A DNA stretch of 64,000 nt from assembly GCA_964291675.2 (NCBI GenBank), contig OZ219865.1, forward strand, positions 608,001 to 672,000, in the 5' to 3' direction. Of this stretch, positions 37,668 to 49,806 are shown one piece after another. This DNA is from Alphaproteobacteria bacterium. GTDB lineage: Bacteria; Pseudomonadota; Alphaproteobacteria; MPNO01. Made by a program: the position numbers and the translations under genes. The notes below the pieces were generated by a model that had not been told where the DNA came from, searched no databases, and worked only from the letters and a program-made list of their open reading frames with translations. Each line of letters opens with the position of its first letter. The stretch's first letter is position 1.

Positions 37668-39290
37668 TCACGACCCCCGCCCGGGCGGGACGATGTGCTC
37701 GGCGAGGCGCCTGCCGGTGGCGACGAGCTCGGGGACGACGAAGGACGCACCGGCGCGGACCAGCTCGGCGGCATGCGCATCGTTCGCCGCACGGGCGAGG
37801 ACCGTGAGTTCGGGCAGCATTCCCCGCAGGATTCCAACCAGCCGGGTCGCGGCTTCGGAGTCGCTGAGCGCGACGACCACGGTGCGCGCGGTCGGAAGAT
37901 GAAGCTGTTCCAGGATCTCCGGCCGGCTCGCATCGCCGAAATAGACCCGTTCCCCCTGCGCGCGGGCGGTGGAGACGACCAGCGGGTCGCGGTCGAGCGC
38001 GATGAAGGATATGCCCTTGTCGGAGAGCTCGCGCGCCACCGTGCGGCCGACCCGGCCATAGCCCGCGATCACCACGTGATTTATCAGCGTCACCTCGTCC
38101 TCGTCGATTTCCCCGACGCGGGCCGAGCTCCGCACGGCCGTCCAGTGCATCAGCCGGGCGCTCGCCCAGGCGAGCAGCGGCGTCGCCATCATCGAGAGCG
38201 CCACCGCGATGATCAGCGCCTGGCCGAGCCCCTCCTCGATCAGCCCGCCCAGCATGGCGGCGCTGAAGACGACGAAGCCGAACTCGCCGCCCTGCGCCAG
38301 CAGCAGCCCGAGCGGCAGCGCATAGAGCCCCGGCAGGCGGAACAGCAGCACCAGGGGAACCAGGACCAGCGCCTTGAGCGCGATCAGCCCGGCGGCGATG
38401 CCGAGCACCAGCGAGAACTGCGCGTAGGCGAGGTCGAGATTGGTCTGCATGCCGATCGACATGAAGAACAGCCCGAGCAGCAGGGCGCGGAACGGCCGGA
38501 TCTCGGCCGAGACCTGGTGGCGGTACTCGGTCTCGGCCAGCACCATGCCGGCGAGCAGCCCGCCGATGGCGAGCGAGAGCCCGGCATATTCGGTGAAGGC
38601 GGCGACTCCGAGGACGACCAGCAGGCTCGCCGCCGCGAAGATCTCGTCGCTCTTCTCCGCCGCGACGATGGCGAACAGCGGCCGCAGGACGAAACGCCCC
38701 AGCACGACGATCGTCACCAGCGCGACGGCGGCTTCCAGCCCGGCGAGGCCGAGCGAGGCGACAAGCCCGCCCTCCCGGTTGGTGAGCACCAGGGTCATCA
38801 CCAGGATGGGCGCCACGGCGAGGTCCTGCATCAGCAGCACCGTGAACGCGGCGCGGCCGAAGCGGGTCGCGATCTGGCGCCTGTCCAGCAGGATCTGGAT
38901 GACGAACACGGTGGACGACAGAGCGAGGGCCGCGCCGATCACGATGGCCGCGTCCAGCGAGACCCCGCAGGCGACGGCAATACCGGCAATCGCCGCGCCG
39001 GTGACCAGGATCTGCGCCAGCCCGAGGCCGAACATCGACGGCGACAGCACCTTGATCCGCTCCAGCGGCAGCTCGAGCCCGATGGTGAACAGCAGGAACA
39101 CCACGCCGAACTCGGCGAAGGAGCGGATGGTCTCGATGTCGGCGACGAAGCCGAGCCCGAACGGGCCGATGACGATGCCGGCGACGAGATAGCCGAGCAC
39201 GGGGGAGAGCCGCAGACGCCTGAGCGCGAACAGAGCGGCGACGGATGCGGCCAGGATGACGATCACATCGGCAAGGTCGATGTGCGGCAT
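37668..39290 (-). CDS. CPA2 family (Kef-type) cation:proton antiporter with TrkA-N domain
   Basis: AEFGVVFLLFTIGLE, ALSST, LLMQD, QGGEFGFV, GYGRVG, GDASRPEIL. Confidence 0.92.
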   Translation of the reverse strand: MPHIDLADVIVILAASVAALFALRRLRLSPVLGYLVAGIVIGPFGLGFVADIETIRSFAEFGVVFLLFTIGLELPLERIKVLSPSMFGLGLAQILVTGAAIAGIAVACGVSLDAAIVIGAALALSSTVFVIQILLDRRQIATRFGRAAFTVLLMQDLAVAPILVMTLVLTNREGGLVASLGLAGLEAAVALVTIVVLGRFVLRPLFAIVAAEKSDEIFAAASLLVVLGVAAFTEYAGLSLAIGGLLAGMVLAETEYRHQVSAEIRPFRALLLGLFFMSIGMQTNLDLAYAQFSLVLGIAAGLIALKALVLVPLVLLFRLPGLYALPLGLLLAQGGEFGFVVFSAAMLGGLIEEGLGQALIIAVALSMMATPLLAWASARLMHWTAVRSSARVGEIDEDEVTLINHVVIAGYGRVGRTVARELSDKGISFIALDRDPLVVSTARAQGERVYFGDASRPEILEQLHLPTARTVVVALSDSEAATRLVGILRGMLPELTVLARAANDAHAAELVRAGASFVVPELVATGRRLAEHIVPPGRGS

Positions 39291-39417
39291 TCGCGGTCTC
39301 CAGCGCGCGGTGCGTCCCTAGAGTAGCGCCGATCCCGGCGAATCGCGCCGTGCGCGTTCGCCCGGCCGATCCGATTGCTGTAGTCTCCGGGCTCCCGCGT
39401 CTACCGCCCCCGGCCCC

Positions 39418-40659
39418 ATGCTTGTCCGAACGATCCGAGAGAACCCATACGGCTGGCTGGTCGTCGCCGTCCTGTTCCTGGTTCTCAGCCTGGTCATGGG
39501 GGCACGCTCCTCGCTCGGGCTGCTGATACCCGAGTGGGAGACGGAGTTCGCCTGGGACCGGACGTTCATCTCGACCGGCGGCTCGGTGATGCTCACGGTC
39601 ATGGCGGTCGGATCGCCCATCGCCGGCATGGCGCTCGACCGCTATGGCGGCCGCACGATCTACGTGTTCGCCATCCTGCTAACCGCGCTCGGCGTCTGCC
39701 TGACGGCCGGGATGTGGCAGGGCTGGCACTTCATCGCGGCGTTCGGGCTGATCGCCGGCATCGGCTTCTCGGCGATCTCGGCGCCGCTGATCGGCACCAC
39801 GGTGGCGCTCTATTTCGACGCGCGGCGCGGGCTCGCGACGGGAATCGCAACGTCGGGCGCGACCGGCGGCCAGCTCGTGCTGATGCCCCTGCTCGCCGTC
39901 GGTCTCGCCGCCATCGGCTGGCGCGCCAGCTTCCTCGCCATGGGGGTCCTGCTGGTCGCGATCGCCCTGCTCGCCTGGGTGCTGATCCGCCGCGAGGCGC
40001 CGGCGCGCCGCATGCGCGGCTTCCAGGCCGAGGCCGGCAACACGGTCTGGACGCAGCTCGGCTACCTGATGCGCGATCGCACCTTCTGGCTGCTCGGCAT
40101 CGGCTACATCGTGTGCGGCTTCACCACCATCGGCGCGATCAGGATCCACTTCCTGCCCTACGCGGCGGCCTGCGGCTTTCCGGTCCTGGAGAGCGCGTCC
40201 GCGTTCGGCGTTCTGATGGCGACCTCGGCGGCGGGGATCATCGGCTTCGGCGCGGCGGCCGACAAGTTCCACCGCCCCGCGCTGCTCGCCTCGATCTACT
40301 TCCTGCGCGCGCTCTGCTTCATCCTGCTGATGTTCATCCCGGGCGATTCGGTGCTGCTGTTCACCTTCGCCGCCCTGTTCGGGCTGTTCGACTTCGCGAC
40401 CTTCCCGGTGGTCGCCAATATCGTCGGCACGCATATGGGGCTCCGCATCATGGGGCTGACCATGGGGCTCCTGTTCTCGCTGCACTCGGTCGGCGGCGCG
40501 CTCGGCTCGTTCGCCGGCGGCTGGCTGTTCGACCTGTTCGCCCAGTACGACTGGATGTGGCTCGCCTCCTTCGGGCTCGCGCTGCTGGCCGCCTTCCTGT
40601 CGATCCTGGTGCATGAGCCGCACCGGACCGGCTTCGTCCGGGTGCCGGCGCCCGCCTGA
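39418..40659 (+). CDS. MFS transporter
   Basis: About 12 hydrophobic segments; G.ALDRYGGR motif A; RRGLATGIA. Confidence 0.88.
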   Translation: MLVRTIRENPYGWLVVAVLFLVLSLVMGARSSLGLLIPEWETEFAWDRTFISTGGSVMLTVMAVGSPIAGMALDRYGGRTIYVFAILLTALGVCLTAGMWQGWHFIAAFGLIAGIGFSAISAPLIGTTVALYFDARRGLATGIATSGATGGQLVLMPLLAVGLAAIGWRASFLAMGVLLVAIALLAWVLIRREAPARRMRGFQAEAGNTVWTQLGYLMRDRTFWLLGIGYIVCGFTTIGAIRIHFLPYAAACGFPVLESASAFGVLMATSAAGIIGFGAAADKFHRPALLASIYFLRALCFILLMFIPGDSVLLFTFAALFGLFDFATFPVVANIVGTHMGLRIMGLTMGLLFSLHSVGGALGSFAGGWLFDLFAQYDWMWLASFGLALLAAFLSILVHEPHRTGFVRVPAPA

Positions 40660-40677
40660 CGCCGTGGGAGGCGACCG

Positions 40678-41925
40678 ATGACCGTCATCCAGGGCCTGCT
40701 CGGTCTCGCCGCCCTCGTCGGGCTGGCCTGGCTGGTCAGCGAGAACCGGGCACGGCTTCCCTGGCGGACCGTCCTCGTCGGCATCGCGATCCAGTTCGCG
40801 CTGGCGCTGGTCCTGCTCGAATGGGAGGTGGGTTGGCAGATCCTGCTCGCGCTCAACGGCGTCGTGGAGGCGCTCCAGGCGGCGACCCGCGCCGGCACCT
40901 CCTTCGTGTTCGGCTATCTCGGAGGCGGGGCGCTGCCCTTCGAGGAGAAGTCGCCCGGCGGCGCCTTCGTCTTCGCCTTCCAGGCCCTGCCGCTGGTGCT
41001 GGTGGTGAGCGCGCTGTCGGCGCTGCTCTATCACTGGCGGGTGCTGCCGGCGGTGGTCGGCGCCTTCGCCTGGGCGCTCGCGCGCCTGCTCCGGCTCGGC
41101 GGCGCGGCGAGCTTCTCGACCGCCGCCAACATATTCGTCGGCATGGTGGAGTCGCCGCTCCTGATCCGCCCCTATCTCGCCGCGCTCAGCCGGAGCGAGC
41201 TGTTCGTGGTGATGACCGCCGGGATGGCGACGATCGCCGGCACGGTCATGGTGCTCTACGCAACCGCGCTCGCCGACGTGATCGCCAACCCGGTCGGCCA
41301 TTTGCTGACCGCCTCGCTCCTGAGCGCGCCGGCCGCGGTGTCGATCGCCCGGGTGATGGTGCCGGAGGATGGCGGGACCGCGGGCGGGTCTGTGATCCCG
41401 GAACGGCTCTACGAGTCGAGCGTGGACGCGCTCACCCGCGGCACGCTCGACGGGCTCACCCTGCTGCTCAACATAGTCGCCAGCCTGATCGTCGTCGTCG
41501 CGCTGGTGCATCTCGCGAACCTGCTTCTCGGGCTCCTGCCCGACCTCGCCGGCGCGCCGATCACCCTGGAACGGCTGCTGGGCTACGCGCTGGCGCCGGT
41601 CGCCTGGCTGATGGGGATCCCGTGGAGCGAAGCCGTCGCCGCCGGCTCGCTGCTCGGCATCAAGGTGGTGCTCAACGAGCTGATCGCCTATTTCACCCTG
41701 GCCGGGCTGCCGGACGGCGCGCTCGGCGAGCGCAGCCGGCTGATCATGACCTACGCGCTCTGCGGCTTCGCCAACTTCGCGAGCCTCGGCATCCTGATCG
41801 CCGGGCTCGGGGCGATGATGCCGGAGCGCCGCACGGAGATCCTGGGCCTCGGCCTCAAGTCGATCGTCGCCGGCACGCTTGCCGCCTGCATGACCGGCAC
41901 GGTGATCGGCCTCTTAACGCTCTGA
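40678..41925 (+). CDS. Concentrative nucleoside transporter (NupC/CNT family)
   Basis: FVFGYL, NIFVGMVESP, GMATIAG, LNELIAY, YALCGFANF.S. Confidence 0.92.
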   Translation: MTVIQGLLGLAALVGLAWLVSENRARLPWRTVLVGIAIQFALALVLLEWEVGWQILLALNGVVEALQAATRAGTSFVFGYLGGGALPFEEKSPGGAFVFAFQALPLVLVVSALSALLYHWRVLPAVVGAFAWALARLLRLGGAASFSTAANIFVGMVESPLLIRPYLAALSRSELFVVMTAGMATIAGTVMVLYATALADVIANPVGHLLTASLLSAPAAVSIARVMVPEDGGTAGGSVIPERLYESSVDALTRGTLDGLTLLLNIVASLIVVVALVHLANLLLGLLPDLAGAPITLERLLGYALAPVAWLMGIPWSEAVAAGSLLGIKVVLNELIAYFTLAGLPDGALGERSRLIMTYALCGFANFASLGILIAGLGAMMPERRTEILGLGLKSIVAGTLAACMTGTVIGLLTL

Positions 41926-43419
41926 CAGGTACCGCCGTTCCAGATGCGCCTTGAAGGCGCCGGTGCCGAGCGGCGCGCCGGTCGCCTCTTGAAGCAGCTC
42001 GTCGGTGCTCGCCGGCAGCGACGCCTTGCGGTGGACGTTTTCTCCCAGCCAGCCGAACAGCGGCGCGAAATCGCCCCCGGCGATCGCCTGCGGGATCCCG
42101 GGGCATGCGTCGAGCGCGGCGGCGAAGAGCTGCGCGGCGGCGAGCGCGCCCAGCGCATAGGTCGGGAAGTAGCCCCAGCTCCCGCCGTACCAGTGGATGT
42201 CCTGGAGGCAGCCCGCGGCATCGTCGGGCGGGCGGATGCCGAGCAGGGATTCGAGCCCGTCGGCCCAGGCATCCGGCAGGTCGTCGAGCGACAGCTCGCC
42301 GCCGATGAGCCGCCGTTCCAGCCGGTAGCGCAGGATCACATGCGCCGGGTAGGTCACCTCGTCGGCGTCGACCCGGATCAGGCTGCGGGCGACCCGGCGG
42401 TAATGGCGGCGCAGATTGGCGGGCGACCATGCCGGTCCTTCCCCGCCGAAGGCCTCGCGCAGCAGCGGCGCGAGAAAGGCGATGAACTCGGCCGAGCGGC
42501 AGGCCTGCATCTCGACGATCAGGGACTGGCTCTCATGCACCGCCATGCCGCGCGCCGAGCCGGCCGGCTGGTGGCGCCAGTCGCGCGGCAGCCCCTTGTT
42601 GTAGAGCGCGTGCCCGGTCTCGTGCAGGACGGCCATGACGCTCTGGGTGAAATCCGCCGTGTCGTAGCGCGTCGTCACCCGGACGTCGTCGTGGACCCCG
42701 CTGCAGAACGGGTGCAGGCTGACATCGAGGCGCCCGCCGTCGAAGTCGAAGCCGAGCTGTCTCATCAGCCGCTCGCCGAGCGCGTGCTGCACCTCGACCG
42801 CGAACGGACCCTCCATCGGCAAAGGCGGCGCCTCGCGCGCCTGCGCCTCCAGCACGCGGTCGAGAAATCCCGGCAGGAAGGCGGCGAGGTCGGCGAACAG
42901 CGCGTCGATCCGCTCGGTCCGCGCGCCCGGCTCGTACACGTCGATCAGCGCGTCGTAGGCCGGACAGCCGAGCGCCGCGCCGCGGGCCTGGCCGGCCTCG
43001 CGCACCAGATCGAGCACGGTTTGCAGAAAGGGTTTGACGGCGGGGTAGTCGGCCCTCGGCCTGGCCTCGCGCCACGCCATTTCGCATTCGCTGTCCGCCG
43101 TGGTCATCGCCGCGATCAGACCGGCGTCGAGCGCCGTCGCGTGCAGCCATCTGCGGCGCATCTCGCGCAGATTGGCGGCGCGCCACGCATCGCCCGCCAC
43201 CTCCTCCGCGGCCCCGTCGAGCAGGTTCGGCACGGTCGGGTCGGTGATCTTCTCATGCTCGACCAGGCGCAGCGCGGCGAGCTGTTCGGCGCGGGCGGGC
43301 GCGCCCCTGGGCGGCATGTTCACCGAGCGGTCCCAGGCCAGCATGCGCGCCGCCTCCCGCAATGCGCCGATCTGCGCGAAGCGTTCTTCCAGCGCCTCGT
43401 AGCTGCTAGCCCCGGCCAT
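41914..43419 (-). CDS. Carboxypeptidase M32
   Basis: HPF, DVRVTTR, HETGHALY, HESQS, IRVDADE, GCLQDIHW, GYFPTY. Confidence 0.93.
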   Translation of the reverse strand: MAGASSYEALEERFAQIGALREAARMLAWDRSVNMPPRGAPARAEQLAALRLVEHEKITDPTVPNLLDGAAEEVAGDAWRAANLREMRRRWLHATALDAGLIAAMTTADSECEMAWREARPRADYPAVKPFLQTVLDLVREAGQARGAALGCPAYDALIDVYEPGARTERIDALFADLAAFLPGFLDRVLEAQAREAPPLPMEGPFAVEVQHALGERLMRQLGFDFDGGRLDVSLHPFCSGVHDDVRVTTRYDTADFTQSVMAVLHETGHALYNKGLPRDWRHQPAGSARGMAVHESQSLIVEMQACRSAEFIAFLAPLLREAFGGEGPAWSPANLRRHYRRVARSLIRVDADEVTYPAHVILRYRLERRLIGGELSLDDLPDAWADGLESLLGIRPPDDAAGCLQDIHWYGGSWGYFPTYALGALAAAQLFAAALDACPGIPQAIAGGDFAPLFGWLGENVHRKASLPASTDELLQEATGAPLGTGAFKAHLERRYLSER

Positions 43420-44152
43420 CGTCTTCCTCGCGCCGCCAGTGGAACAGGAGGTAGATCGCCGCCAGCACCAGCGCGAGCCCGTACCAGGTGAGCGCGTATT
43501 CGAGATGGCGGTTGGCGATGTCGACGCCGATCCTGCGCCCGGCCGGGAAGCCGCCGGGGTTGGGCGTCGCATCGGCGATCAGGAACATCTCCCGCACCCC
43601 GGGGAGGGAGGCGGCCGCGCCCATCTCGCCCGGCTCGACGAAATACCAGACCCCCTTCTCCGGGTCGTTGTCGGGGACCCAGCGGCTGCTCTTTCCCGGC
43701 CGGCGAAGAACGCCCGTCACCGTCGCCTCGCCGGCGATCCGGCCCTTCCGCCGGGTCCGGGGATCGGCGCGGTCGAGCGGAACCCAGCCCCGGTTGACCA
43801 GGATGTGGTCGCCGTCCCGCAGCCGGAGCGGGGTTACGACGTCGAACCCGGCCCGGCCCTTGCGCACCCGGCTGACGACGAGGAACTCGCGCGCGTGCAG
43901 GAACCGGCCCGTCGCCCGGGCGCGGCGGAAGGCGGCATCGGCGCCGTCCCCGGTTCGCGCGCCGATCGCGACCGGCTCCGCCGCGAGCTGTGCCTCCCGG
44001 TGGGCGATCACCTCCTCCTTCCATTGCAGCCGGTGAAGCTGCCATGTCCCGAGCCCGACGAGAACCGCGAACGCCGCCCCGGCGGCCACCGTGGCCCGGA
44101 GCGTCGGGCGGAAGCGGCGGCGCGCCCGGTCACGCCCCGCCGTCGTATTCAT
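43406..44152 (-). CDS. SURF1 family protein
   Basis: LGTWQL.RL.WK, LVNRGWVP, N.HLEYALTWY. Confidence 0.92.
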   Translation of the reverse strand: MNTTAGRDRARRRFRPTLRATVAAGAAFAVLVGLGTWQLHRLQWKEEVIAHREAQLAAEPVAIGARTGDGADAAFRRARATGRFLHAREFLVVSRVRKGRAGFDVVTPLRLRDGDHILVNRGWVPLDRADPRTRRKGRIAGEATVTGVLRRPGKSSRWVPDNDPEKGVWYFVEPGEMGAAASLPGVREMFLIADATPNPGGFPAGRRIGVDIANRHLEYALTWYGLALVLAAIYLLFHWRREEDDGRG

Positions 44153-44507
44153 GCCGCAGGTTCCTGTAGTGGAGCGCGATCAGCAGCCCCTTGGCCGGGC
44201 GCAGCAGCGCGATCGCGAGAACGACGATGAAGGGCGGCCAGACCGCCATATGGACCCAGATGGGCGGCGCGAGCAGGGTCTCGAGAAAGAACGCCAGCGC
44301 GACCGTCACCGCGCCGAGGACCAGGATCACGAACACCGCCGGCCCGTCGCCCGAATCGTGCGGGCCGAGATCGAGCCCGCAGACGCTGCATTTCTCCGCC
44401 ACCGCGAGCAGCCCCGCATAGAGAGGGCCGGTGCCGCAGCGCGGACAGCGGCAGCCGAGCCCGGTGGCGAGTGGCGACCGCGGCGGCCAGGCGCCGGGCC
44501 GGGGCAT
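44130..44507 (-). CDS. DUF983 family protein
   Basis: CRCPRCG.G.L..G.L...C..CGLDL...D.GDGPA plus two TM helices; typical cox-operon position. Confidence 0.85.
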   Translation of the reverse strand: MPRPGAWPPRSPLATGLGCRCPRCGTGPLYAGLLAVAEKCSVCGLDLGPHDSGDGPAVFVILVLGAVTVALAFFLETLLAPPIWVHMAVWPPFIVVLAIALLRPAKGLLIALHYRNLRHEYDGGA

Positions 44508-44513
44508 TCGCGT

Positions 44514-45353
44514 CTAGTGGCCTCCCGGGTTCGGGCCGGCGCCCCACAGATAGATGCAGCAGAACAGGAACAGCCAGACCACGTCGACGAAATGCCAATA
44601 CCACGCCGCGGCCTCGAAGCCGAAATGGTGGTCCGGCTTGAAGTGGTCCTTGTAGGCGCGGAAGAAGCAGACGATCAGGAAGATCGTCCCGACCAGGACG
44701 TGGAAGCCGTGGAATCCGGTCGCCATGAAGAAGGTGCTGGGATAGATGCCGTCGGAGAAGGCGAAGGCGGCGTGGCTGTACTCGTAGGCCTGCACGCAGG
44801 TGAACAGGATGCCGAGGCCGATGGTCAGCCCGAGCCCCTGCAGGACGTGCCGCCGGTTGCCCTCCTTGAGCGCGTGATGCGCCCAGGTCACGGTGACGCC
44901 CGACATCAGCAGGATCAGCGTGTTCAGGAAGGGCAGGTCCCACGGATCGAAGGTGACGATGCCGGGCGGCGGCCACTGGCTCTCGATCGCCGCGGGGGGG
45001 AACAGCCCGGCGTTGAAATAGGCCCAGAACCAGGCCACGAAGAACATCACCTCGGAGGCGATGAACAGGGCCATACCGTAGCGCATGCCGATCTGCACGA
45101 TCGGCGTGTGGTGGCCCTCGAAGGTGGCCTCGCGGATCACGTCGCGCCACCACCCGACCATGGTGACGGCGATGCCGACGAAGCCGAGCGCCATCAGCCA
45201 CCACGAGCCCTCGTGCATGTACCACACCGCGCCGATGAACAGCGCGCCCGCCGCGGCGGCGCCGACCGCCGGCCAGACGCTGGGATCGACCAGGTGGTAG
45301 GGATGCTTGTGGCCGTGATGGGTGTATTCGGCCGCCGAATCGGCTGGCGCCAT
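44514..45353 (-). CDS. ctaE: Cytochrome c oxidase subunit III
   Basis: HPYHLVDPS.WP, FIASEVMFF, TGFHGFHV, WYWHFVDVVWLFLF. Confidence 0.97.
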   Translation of the reverse strand: MAPADSAAEYTHHGHKHPYHLVDPSVWPAVGAAAAGALFIGAVWYMHEGSWWLMALGFVGIAVTMVGWWRDVIREATFEGHHTPIVQIGMRYGMALFIASEVMFFVAWFWAYFNAGLFPPAAIESQWPPPGIVTFDPWDLPFLNTLILLMSGVTVTWAHHALKEGNRRHVLQGLGLTIGLGILFTCVQAYEYSHAAFAFSDGIYPSTFFMATGFHGFHVLVGTIFLIVCFFRAYKDHFKPDHHFGFEAAAWYWHFVDVVWLFLFCCIYLWGAGPNPGGH

Positions 45354-45367
45354 GGCTTACCCCTCTC

Positions 45368-45943
45368 TCATTTGGCGGCGATCCGCGCGCTGTCCCGGGT
45401 CTCGGGCTCCCCGGGCGCGGCGAAGAAGGTATAGGAGAGCGTGATCGTCGTCACGTCGTCGAGATTGCGGTCCAGGGCGAGCTCGGGATCGACGTAGAAC
45501 GAGACCGGCATGTCGACGCTGCGGCCCGCCTCCAGGGTCTGCTCGGTGAAGCAGAAACAGTCCAGCTTGGCGAAATAGGGACCCGCCTTGGCCGGGGTGA
45601 CGTTGAAGGTCGCGGTGCCGGTGACCGGCCGGTCGGCGAGGTTCTTCGCCCGGTAGAAGGCGAGCCGCTCCTCGCCGAGCCGCACCTTGACCCTGCGCTC
45701 CACAGGCTGGAAGCGCCACGGCAGCGCCGAGTTCACGTCCGCGTTGAAGCGCACCGTCACCGAGCGCTCGTGGAGCTCTTCCGGCGCCGCCACGGCGACC
45801 TGGGTGGTGCCGCCGTAACCCGTCACCTGGCAGAACCAGCGATAGAGCGGCACCGAGGCGTAGGCGAGGCCGCCCATGACGACGACGATGCCGAGCGCCG
45901 CGGCGGCCGTCGCCGCGTTCCGCTTGCGGGGTGCGGGCGCCAT
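45368..45943 (-). CDS. ctaG: Cytochrome c oxidase assembly protein Cox11/CtaG
   Basis: VPLY..FCQVTGYGGT, CFCFTEQ, ITLSYTF. Confidence 0.95.
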   Translation of the reverse strand: MAPAPRKRNAATAAAALGIVVVMGGLAYASVPLYRWFCQVTGYGGTTQVAVAAPEELHERSVTVRFNADVNSALPWRFQPVERRVKVRLGEERLAFYRAKNLADRPVTGTATFNVTPAKAGPYFAKLDCFCFTEQTLEAGRSVDMPVSFYVDPELALDRNLDDVTTITLSYTFFAAPGEPETRDSARIAAK

Positions 45944-45944
45944 C

Positions 45945-46070
45945 TCACCACCCTCCCATGCGGACCATCGACATCACGAAGAACAGGGCCACCAGCCCGA
46001 GCAGCACCGTGAGCATGGCGATATTGCGGACCCGGCGGCGCTTGTGCAGCTCGCTCAGCGGCATCGCCAT
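45945..46070 (-). CDS. Small single-TM cox-operon protein (CoxF-like, 41 aa)
   Basis: MAMPLSELHKRRRVRNIAMLTVLLGLVALFFVMSMVRMGGW between ctaB and ctaG. Confidence 0.7.
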   Translation of the reverse strand: MAMPLSELHKRRRVRNIAMLTVLLGLVALFFVMSMVRMGGW

Positions 46071-46075
46071 CCCCC

Positions 46076-46990
46076 CTACAACGCGCCCGGGATCAGGCGT
46101 TCGGCGATCATCGCCGCGAACAGCACAAACAGATAGAGGATCGAGAAGCCGAACAGCCGCGGCGCGCCGGCATGGCCGTCCGCCCGCCGCAGCCGCCAGG
46201 CGAGCACCAGGAAGACGGCGCTCATCGCCGCCGCGACCGCGCCGTAGGCGAGCCCGGCGATTCCGAGACCCACCGGGACCAGCGACACCGGCACCAGAAG
46301 CAGGGCGTAGAGCACGATCTGCCGCTTGGTCTCGTCCGAGCCCGCGACCACCGGCAGCATGGGAATGCCGGCGGCGGCGTAATCGCCGCTCCTGTACAGC
46401 GAGAGCGCCCAGAAATGCGGCGGCGTCCACATGAAGATCAGGGCGAACAGGGCGATCGCGCCGAGCCCGACATCGCCGGTGACCGCGGCCCAGCCGATCA
46501 TTGGCGGGAATGCGCCGGCGGCGCCGCCGATGACGATGTTCTGCGGCGTCCGGCGCTTGAGCCAGACGGTGTAGACGAAGACATAGAAGGCGATGGTGAG
46601 CGCCAAGAGCGCCGCCGCCGTCCAGTTGACCGCGAGCGCCATCACGCTGACCGAGCCGACGCCAAGCACCGCGCCGAAGCCGAGCGCGTCGCCCGGGGTC
46701 ATGCGTCCGGCGGGCAGCGGGCGGTCGCTGGTACGCGCCATCACCGCGTCGATGTCGCGGTCGTACCACATGTTGATGGCGCCCGCCGCGCCGGCCCCGA
46801 CCGCGATGCACAGCACCGCGATCGCCGCCAGCACCGGGTGCAGCGCGCCCGGCGCCAGCACCATCCCGGCGACCGCGGTGAACACCACGAGCGACATCAC
46901 CCGCGGCTTCAGCAGCGCCACGAAGTCGCCGATCGCCGGCCCGTCGATGGGCGCCGCGCCCGCGGTCAGCTCGATCTGTCGCTCGGCCAC
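46076..46990 (-). CDS. ctaB: Heme o synthase (protoheme IX farnesyltransferase)
   Basis: [45 protein letters not shown]. Confidence 0.96.
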   Translation of the reverse strand: MAERQIELTAGAAPIDGPAIGDFVALLKPRVMSLVVFTAVAGMVLAPGALHPVLAAIAVLCIAVGAGAAGAINMWYDRDIDAVMARTSDRPLPAGRMTPGDALGFGAVLGVGSVSVMALAVNWTAAALLALTIAFYVFVYTVWLKRRTPQNIVIGGAAGAFPPMIGWAAVTGDVGLGAIALFALIFMWTPPHFWALSLYRSGDYAAAGIPMLPVVAGSDETKRQIVLYALLLVPVSLVPVGLGIAGLAYGAVAAAMSAVFLVLAWRLRRADGHAGAPRLFGFSILYLFVLFAAMIAERLIPGAL

Positions 46991-47004
46991 GCTTCGCTCC
47001 GCCG

Positions 47005-48615
<1,611 letters not shown>

Positions 48616-49467
48616 TCAGCGCGTGGACTCTAGACCGGCGACCCTGGTCGCCGGCGGCGCGGTGCCGTCGTCCTCCGCGGCATATTCCTTCTTCGCCCAT
48701 GAAACCCAGGCGTTGAACTCCTGATCCGTGACCACGTCGACACGGATCGGCATAAAGCCGTGATTGACGCCGCAAAGCTCCGAACACTGGCCGTAATAGA
48801 CCCCCGTCCGCTCGGCCTTGAACCAGACCTCGTTGAGCCGTCCCGGCACGCCGTCGATCTTGACGCCGAACGCCGGTATCGTCCAGGCGTGCAGCACGTC
48901 GTCCGCCGTGACCTGCACGCGGACCACCTTGTTGACCGGCACCACGACGCGGTTGTCGACCGAGAGCAGCCGCGGCTGGCCTTCCTTCAGCTCGTCGTCG
49001 GCCAGGATCGTCGCATCGAACGTGAAGTTGCCGTGGTCGGGGTACTCGTAGCTCCAGTACCACTGGTGGCCGATCGCCTTCACCGTCAGATCGGCCTTGG
49101 GGATGGTATCGGAGTAGTAGAGCAGCTTGAAGGACGGGATCGCGATCAGCACCAGGATGACCACCGGGATCACCGTCCACAGGACCTCGACCGTCGTGTT
49201 GTGCGTGGTACGGGTGGGCGTCGGGTTCCTGCTCTCGCGGAAGCGCCACATGACGTAAAGCAGCAGCCCCAGCACGAACAGCGTGATCAGGGTGATGACG
49301 ACCAGCAGGATGTCGTGCAGGTCGTCGATGTTCTGCATCAGCGGGGTCGCGGCCGGCTGCAGCCCGAGCTGCCAGGGCACCGGCTCGCTCGCCCACGCGC
49401 CGGTTCCGGTCAGGCCGGCGGCCGCCGCCGCGCCCGCTGCGAGAATGCGTCCTCGGCTCATCGGCAT
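48616..49467 (-). CDS. ctaC: Cytochrome c oxidase subunit II
   Basis: GHQWYWSYEY, DVLHAW, CSELCGVNHGFM CuA motif; N-terminal signal peptide. Confidence 0.97.
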   Translation of the reverse strand: MPMSRGRILAAGAAAAAGLTGTGAWASEPVPWQLGLQPAATPLMQNIDDLHDILLVVITLITLFVLGLLLYVMWRFRESRNPTPTRTTHNTTVEVLWTVIPVVILVLIAIPSFKLLYYSDTIPKADLTVKAIGHQWYWSYEYPDHGNFTFDATILADDELKEGQPRLLSVDNRVVVPVNKVVRVQVTADDVLHAWTIPAFGVKIDGVPGRLNEVWFKAERTGVYYGQCSELCGVNHGFMPIRVDVVTDQEFNAWVSWAKKEYAAEDDGTAPPATRVAGLESTR

Positions 49468-49806
49468 TCGAATCGAGTCCTTATCGTCCGCGGGATGCCC
49501 GCCCCCGAGCAGCGATGCCCTTCAGGCGCGCTCCCGACGCGGGAAACCCTGCAAAGGCACGGAAATCGCCGGATTGATACACAGCGGCAGTGGCAAACAC
49601 AAGGTCCCCCCGTCATCGGGCGATTCTACCCGAATTCGGGCGTTCGGTGGGCTCCCGGCAGCGGATTTTTTCGTCGCTCGGCCGCTTCGCCCGGCGCCCC
49701 GAAAGACCCAGGCCGGGGCCGAACCGCCGGGGCACGGGGTGACATCGCGCGGCGGCGACACCATCATATAGCGGGTAGCGCCGATTTTGGCGCCAGGAGG
49801 CCGGAC

